NCBI GenBank assembly: GCA_048622675.1
Contig: JBMCUI010000053.1
Span: forward strand, 1 to 10,902
Length of the DNA stretch: 10,902 nucleotides
Source of the DNA: Spirochaetota bacterium
GTDB taxonomy: Bacteria > Spirochaetota > B62-G9 > DRHN01
Direction: 5' to 3'
In this document: piece by piece, positions 7,377-10,902 of the stretch
How the letters are laid out: each line of letters opens with the position of its first letter
How positions within the stretch are numbered: the first letter of the stretch is position 1
Made by a program: the position numbers and the translations under genes
The notes under the pieces: model-generated
Seen by the model: only the letters and a program-made list of their open reading frames with translations
What the model was told of the DNA's origin: nothing
The model's database searches: none

Positions 7377-8165
7377 ATGGGCAACAAGTATATTGGCAGA
7401 GAGGATGCCCCTCTTGAGGAAAAGATATGGGAAATGCTGCAAAAAACTATGATTGAGTCTGCAAAAAGTGTTCTTTCAGGAAGGCGAATACTTCATGTAG
7501 AGGGGCCGTACGGTTTTGGGGTCAGCTCAGTGCATGTTGAAGACTATGAGGTTGAACCTGGGGTTATATCCAGCAGGTCTTTGCCCATGGTACATATTCA
7601 TAAAAGCTTTTCTGTTCCCAAGAGGCAGCTTGCCGCATATGAGGACCAGGGAGTTATGCCTCCGGTAAAAGAAGCAGCTCAGACCGCCAGGGAGTGTGCT
7701 TTTATGGAAGATGGGCTGATATTTCATGGTAAAAAGGACCTGCCAGGGCTTTTACATACCAGGGGCGTGAACAAGATAAGTCTTTCCCCCTGGGAGCAGG
7801 TAGGAAACGCTGCTAACGATATTATTAAGTGCATCACCAAGCTTGACTCAATGGGGTTTCACGGGCCTTATTCACTGGCGCTGTCTCCGGAACGCTACAA
7901 CATGCTGTACCGGATATATGAACGGGGTAGTATGAGCGAAATAGAACACCTCAAAAGTATTGTGAAAGAGGGAATATTCAAGGCCCCGGTACTGAAAAAC
8001 GGGGGTGTCATGGTCTGTCCTGTGCCACACATGACCTCCATTACTCTGGGACAGGATATGCAGATTGGATTTATAGGGCCTACAGCAGACGAAATGGAGT
8101 TTTATATATCTGAGAGTATTGCCCTGAACCTGCAACTGCCCCAGGCTGTTTGTATACTGGAATAA
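7377..8165 (+). CDS. Family 1 encapsulin nanocompartment shell protein (HK97 fold, linocin M18-like), 262 aa
   Basis: GAGGAGGT SD lies 8 nt upstream. The protein aligns by eye along its length with T. maritima encapsulin. 'LEEKIWEMLQKTMIESAKSVLSGRRILHVEGPYGFGVSSVHVEDYEV' corresponds to '[47 protein letters not shown]'. 'GFHGPYSLALSPERYNML' corresponds to 'GIEGPYTLVINTDRWINFL'. The C-terminal 'LGQDMQIGFIGP...' corresponds to 'LGQDLSIGYEDR...'. Length is typical (~265 aa). Confidence 0.88.
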   Translation: MGNKYIGREDAPLEEKIWEMLQKTMIESAKSVLSGRRILHVEGPYGFGVSSVHVEDYEVEPGVISSRSLPMVHIHKSFSVPKRQLAAYEDQGVMPPVKEAAQTARECAFMEDGLIFHGKKDLPGLLHTRGVNKISLSPWEQVGNAANDIIKCITKLDSMGFHGPYSLALSPERYNMLYRIYERGSMSEIEHLKSIVKEGIFKAPVLKNGGVMVCPVPHMTSITLGQDMQIGFIGPTADEMEFYISESIALNLQLPQAVCILE

Positions 8166-8195
8166 CTCAGGAAATGTTATGGTTCTGGGGGTATT

Positions 8196-10902
8196 TTACC
8201 ATATCATTTTTTTAAGTGTGTTCTGAAGCACCCCTCCGTTGCGGTAATACTCCAGCTCAAACGGGGTGTCAATCCGGGCCCTCACTTTGAAGCTGAAAGA
8301 AGGTTTTTCCTGGGCTGGGTCATTGTGGACAGTTACTTTTAGTTCCTGGGCTGGAGTTTTCACCGGACCTATTGTGTACACTTCTTTTCCGCTTAAACCC
8401 AGGGTGGAGGCATTTTCTTTTTCCATGAACTGAAGGGGCAGCACCCCCATTCCCACCAGGTTGCTGCGGTGTATACGTTCAAAGCTTTCAGCTATCACTG
8501 CTTTTACTCCCAGAAGTGCTGTTCCTTTGGCAGCCCAGTCCCTGGAGCTTCCTGTTCCATATTCCCTGCTGGCGATGATTATCAGGGGGGTTTGGTCGCC
8601 CTGGTATTTCACGGCAGCATCGAATACAGAGGTTTCCTCTCCGGTGGGTAAATAGATAGTATACCCTCCTTCCAGGTATCCCACCAGTTTGTTCCTTATC
8701 CTGATGTTTGCGAAACTCCCTCTTGCCATCACCTGGTGGTTCCCTCTTCTGGCCCCGTAGGTATTGAAGTCTTCAGGTTCCACCCCCTGTTCCATAAGCC
8801 ACCTGCCGGCAGGGCTTTGTTGGCTGATGGCACCTGCAGGGGATAGATGGTCAGTTGTGACAGTGTCTCCCAGCAACAGGAGAACACGGGCGTTCTCTAT
8901 TTTTCCTTTACAAAGGGGGGCTTCTAAATCATCAAAGAAGGGAGGCTTCCGGATATAGGTGGAGCTGGCATTCCAGGAGTAGACCTTTCCAGAAGGTGCA
9001 CTTAGCTGGTCCCACATCCGGTTTCCACAGAGCGCCCGGGAGTATTCCTCCTGATAAAGATCGGTGTGAAGATATGTATTTTGCAATGATTCGATTTCAT
9101 CACTGGAAGGCCAGATATCATTCAGGTAAACCCCCTTTCCGTTTGGATCAAATCCCAGAGGCTGGCGGGAAAGGTCGATGTTCATGGTCCCGGCAATGGC
9201 ATATGCCACCACCAGGGGAGGAGAAGCAAGATAGTTTGCCTTTACCAGGGAGTGAATCCGTCCTTCAAAGTTGCGGTTTGCTGAAACCACTGAAGCTACC
9301 ACCAGGTTTTTTCCTTCAACTTCTTTTTTCACCAGGGGGCCGAGCTCTCCGCTGTTTCCGATACAGGTGGTGCACCCATAGCCCACCACGTGGAATCCAA
9401 GGGCTTCCAGGTATCCAAGCAGACCGGAGTTTCTGAGATATCTGGTTACTACTCTGGAGCCCGGTGCCAGACTGGTCTTAACATACCACACCGGCCGGAC
9501 TCCCAGCTCGACTGCCTTTTTTGCCATCAGTGCGGCTGCAAATATAACCGATGGGTTGGAAGTATTGGTGCAGCTGGTTATGGCAGCTATTACCACGCTG
9601 CCGTGAGTAAGCTCAGCATGTTTACTTTGCTCTGGGCCTTCTGGGAAGCTGTCCTGATAAACATTATTTGTGTTATAGTTTACACTTCCAGCTTGTTTGT
9701 GTTCTACGGTTTTTGAGTGCTTTTGCGGGTGTTCTTTTTTAATCATTTCCGTAAACTTTGTTTTTGCTTTGTGTAAGGGAATATAATCATGAGGGCGTTT
9801 GGGCCCGGCTATACAGGGGGAGACCTCTCCCATATCCAGCTCCACTATCTGGTTGTACAAAGGTTGAGGTGAGTCTTTGCCCCTGAAAAGTCCCTGGGCT
9901 TTAGTGTACGCTTCTACCAGACTTACCTGCTGGTCTTCTCTGCCGGTAGTGGTCAGGTAGGAGAGGGTAGTCCGGTCCACCGGGAAAAAGGTGACAGTAG
10001 CACCATATTCAGGGCACATGTTCGATACAGTGGCCCTGTCCGCCAGGCTCAGTGTATCCACTCCCGGCCCAAAAACCTCTATCATCTTTCCTACCACCCC
10101 TTTTTTTCTAAGCAGTCTGGTTATGGTCAGCACCAGGTCTGTTGCAGTTGTACCCTCCGGGAGCCTGCCATCCAGTCTGAGTCCAATGACCTGGGGAAAG
10201 GGGATGTACACAGGCACTCCCAGCAGGGCTGCCTCGGCTTCTATTCCTCCTACTCCCCATCCCAGCACTCCCAGCCCGTTTATCATGGTGGTGTGGGAGT
10301 CAGTTCCAAGAAGAGTGTCGGGAAATGCCACCGGTTTATTATTTTGGTTGTCCGTGCGGACTACTTGTGCAAGATACTCCAGGTTTACCTGATGGATTAT
10401 ACCTGTACCTGGAGGAATCACCCGAAAATTACTGAAAGCATCAGAGCCCCATTTGAGAAAACGGTACCTTTCAGCGTTTCTCTCATACTCCAGCCGGGTA
10501 TTGCATTCCGGTGCCCTGAGGGTACCGTAACAGTCCACCTGGATGGAGTGGTCAATTACCAGGTCTACCGGAATACAGGGGTTTATGGTATCCGGGTCCA
10601 TGTTGTAACGGGCTACAGCATCTCTCATGGAGGCCAGGTCAACCACTGCCGGAACTCCGGTAAAGTCCTGCATGATGATTCGCGATGGCAGAAAAGGGAT
10701 CTCTTTCCCGGGGTTGTTATGTTGAGTTTCTTTTCCGGACCGGCTGTTGTCCTTTGAATTATCAATTTCTTGCACCCATGGTCCCAGCAGCAGTATGTGT
10801 TCTTCCTTAATCAGACTGCCGTCTGCTTGTCTTAACATGGACTCCAGCAGCACTCTTATTAAGAAAGGCAGCCTGGAGATATCTATACTGTAGTGTTTTT
10901 CC
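8196..10902 (-). CDS. acnA: Aconitate hydratase A (aconitase; [4Fe-4S] enzyme), N-terminus beyond window end
   Basis: The minus-strand frame is open to the window edge: '...EKHYSIDISRLPFLIRVLLESMLRQ' continues upstream of the GTG the ORF track uses as start. Conserved AcnA blocks are present: 'IIMQDFTGVPAVVDLASMRDA', the Cys ligand regions 'ITSCTNTSNP' and 'GCTTCIGNSG', and 'SANRNFEGR'. At least ~900 aa are present. TAA stop at 8196-8198. Confidence 0.92.
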   Translation of the reverse strand, partial: EKHYSIDISRLPFLIRVLLESMLRQADGSLIKEEHILLLGPWVQEIDNSKDNSRSGKETQHNNPGKEIPFLPSRIIMQDFTGVPAVVDLASMRDAVARYNMDPDTINPCIPVDLVIDHSIQVDCYGTLRAPECNTRLEYERNAERYRFLKWGSDAFSNFRVIPPGTGIIHQVNLEYLAQVVRTDNQNNKPVAFPDTLLGTDSHTTMINGLGVLGWGVGGIEAEAALLGVPVYIPFPQVIGLRLDGRLPEGTTATDLVLTITRLLRKKGVVGKMIEVFGPGVDTLSLADRATVSNMCPEYGATVTFFPVDRTTLSYLTTTGREDQQVSLVEAYTKAQGLFRGKDSPQPLYNQIVELDMGEVSPCIAGPKRPHDYIPLHKAKTKFTEMIKKEHPQKHSKTVEHKQAGSVNYNTNNVYQDSFPEGPEQSKHAELTHGSVVIAAITSCTNTSNPSVIFAAALMAKKAVELGVRPVWYVKTSLAPGSRVVTRYLRNSGLLGYLEALGFHVVGYGCTTCIGNSGELGPLVKKEVEGKNLVVASVVSANRNFEGRIHSLVKANYLASPPLVVAYAIAGTMNIDLSRQPLGFDPNGKGVYLNDIWPSSDEIESLQNTYLHTDLYQEEYSRALCGNRMWDQLSAPSGKVYSWNASSTYIRKPPFFDDLEAPLCKGKIENARVLLLLGDTVTTDHLSPAGAISQQSPAGRWLMEQGVEPEDFNTYGARRGNHQVMARGSFANIRIRNKLVGYLEGGYTIYLPTGEETSVFDAAVKYQGDQTPLIIIASREYGTGSSRDWAAKGTALLGVKAVIAESFERIHRSNLVGMGVLPLQFMEKENASTLGLSGKEVYTIGPVKTPAQELKVTVHNDPAQEKPSFSFKVRARIDTPFELEYYRNGGVLQNTLKKMIW

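Noticed and set aside
8461-10757. Plus-strand ORFs (60-154 aa) across the aconitase region
   Set aside because: All are antisense to a clearly conserved AcnA reading frame. Their translations are Pro/Ser/Gly-rich, typical of frames opposite a high-GC coding strand.
10853-10853. GTG at 10853 given as the aconitase start by the ORF track
   Set aside because: The frame stays open to the window edge. Upstream residues 'KHYSIDISRLPFLIRVLLE' align with the conserved AcnA N-terminal region 'YHYYSLP..ITRLPKSLKVLLEN', so the true start is beyond 10902.
1-10902. CRISPR arrays, IS elements, integrases, tRNA/rRNA genes
   Set aside because: No regularly spaced direct repeats, no terminal inverted repeats flanking a transposase-like ORF, and no tRNA-like or rRNA-like sequence were found on either strand.

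Overview
This window has three parts: the 3' half of an A/V-type (archaeal-type) rotary ATPase operon, a two-gene encapsulin nanocompartment operon, and a partial aconitase gene.

- **ATPase operon (1..5701, + strand).** Gene order is E(partial)-C-F-A-B-D, with overlapping stop/start codons and strong GGAGG-type Shine-Dalgarno sites. It ends at subunit D.
- **Convergent lipoprotein gene (5795..6541, - strand).** It encodes a secreted lipoprotein with a Trp/Tyr/Asp-rich domain whose C-terminal half resembles an RlpA/expansin-like double-psi beta-barrel.
- **AT-rich intergenic region (6542..6942).** About 400 bp of divergent promoter carrying a perfect GGTCAA-N7-TTGACC palindrome and a tandem GATACAC repeat.
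- **Encapsulin operon (6943..8165, + strand).** Gene 1 is a 124-aa ferritin-like protein with two ExxH di-iron motifs, a flexible acidic/Ser-rich linker and a C-terminal 'TIGDLK' cargo-targeting peptide. Gene 2 is a 262-aa family-1 (HK97-fold) encapsulin shell protein. Together they predict an iron-mineralising nanocompartment.
- **Aconitase A (8196..>10902, - strand).** Convergent on the encapsulin gene; the N-terminus runs off the window.

No rRNA, tRNA, CRISPR or transposase signatures were seen. The taxon cannot be assigned from sequence alone. The ATPase gene order is archaeal-like, but the lipobox, the RlpA-like domain and AcnA fit a bacterium with an A/V-type ATPase.
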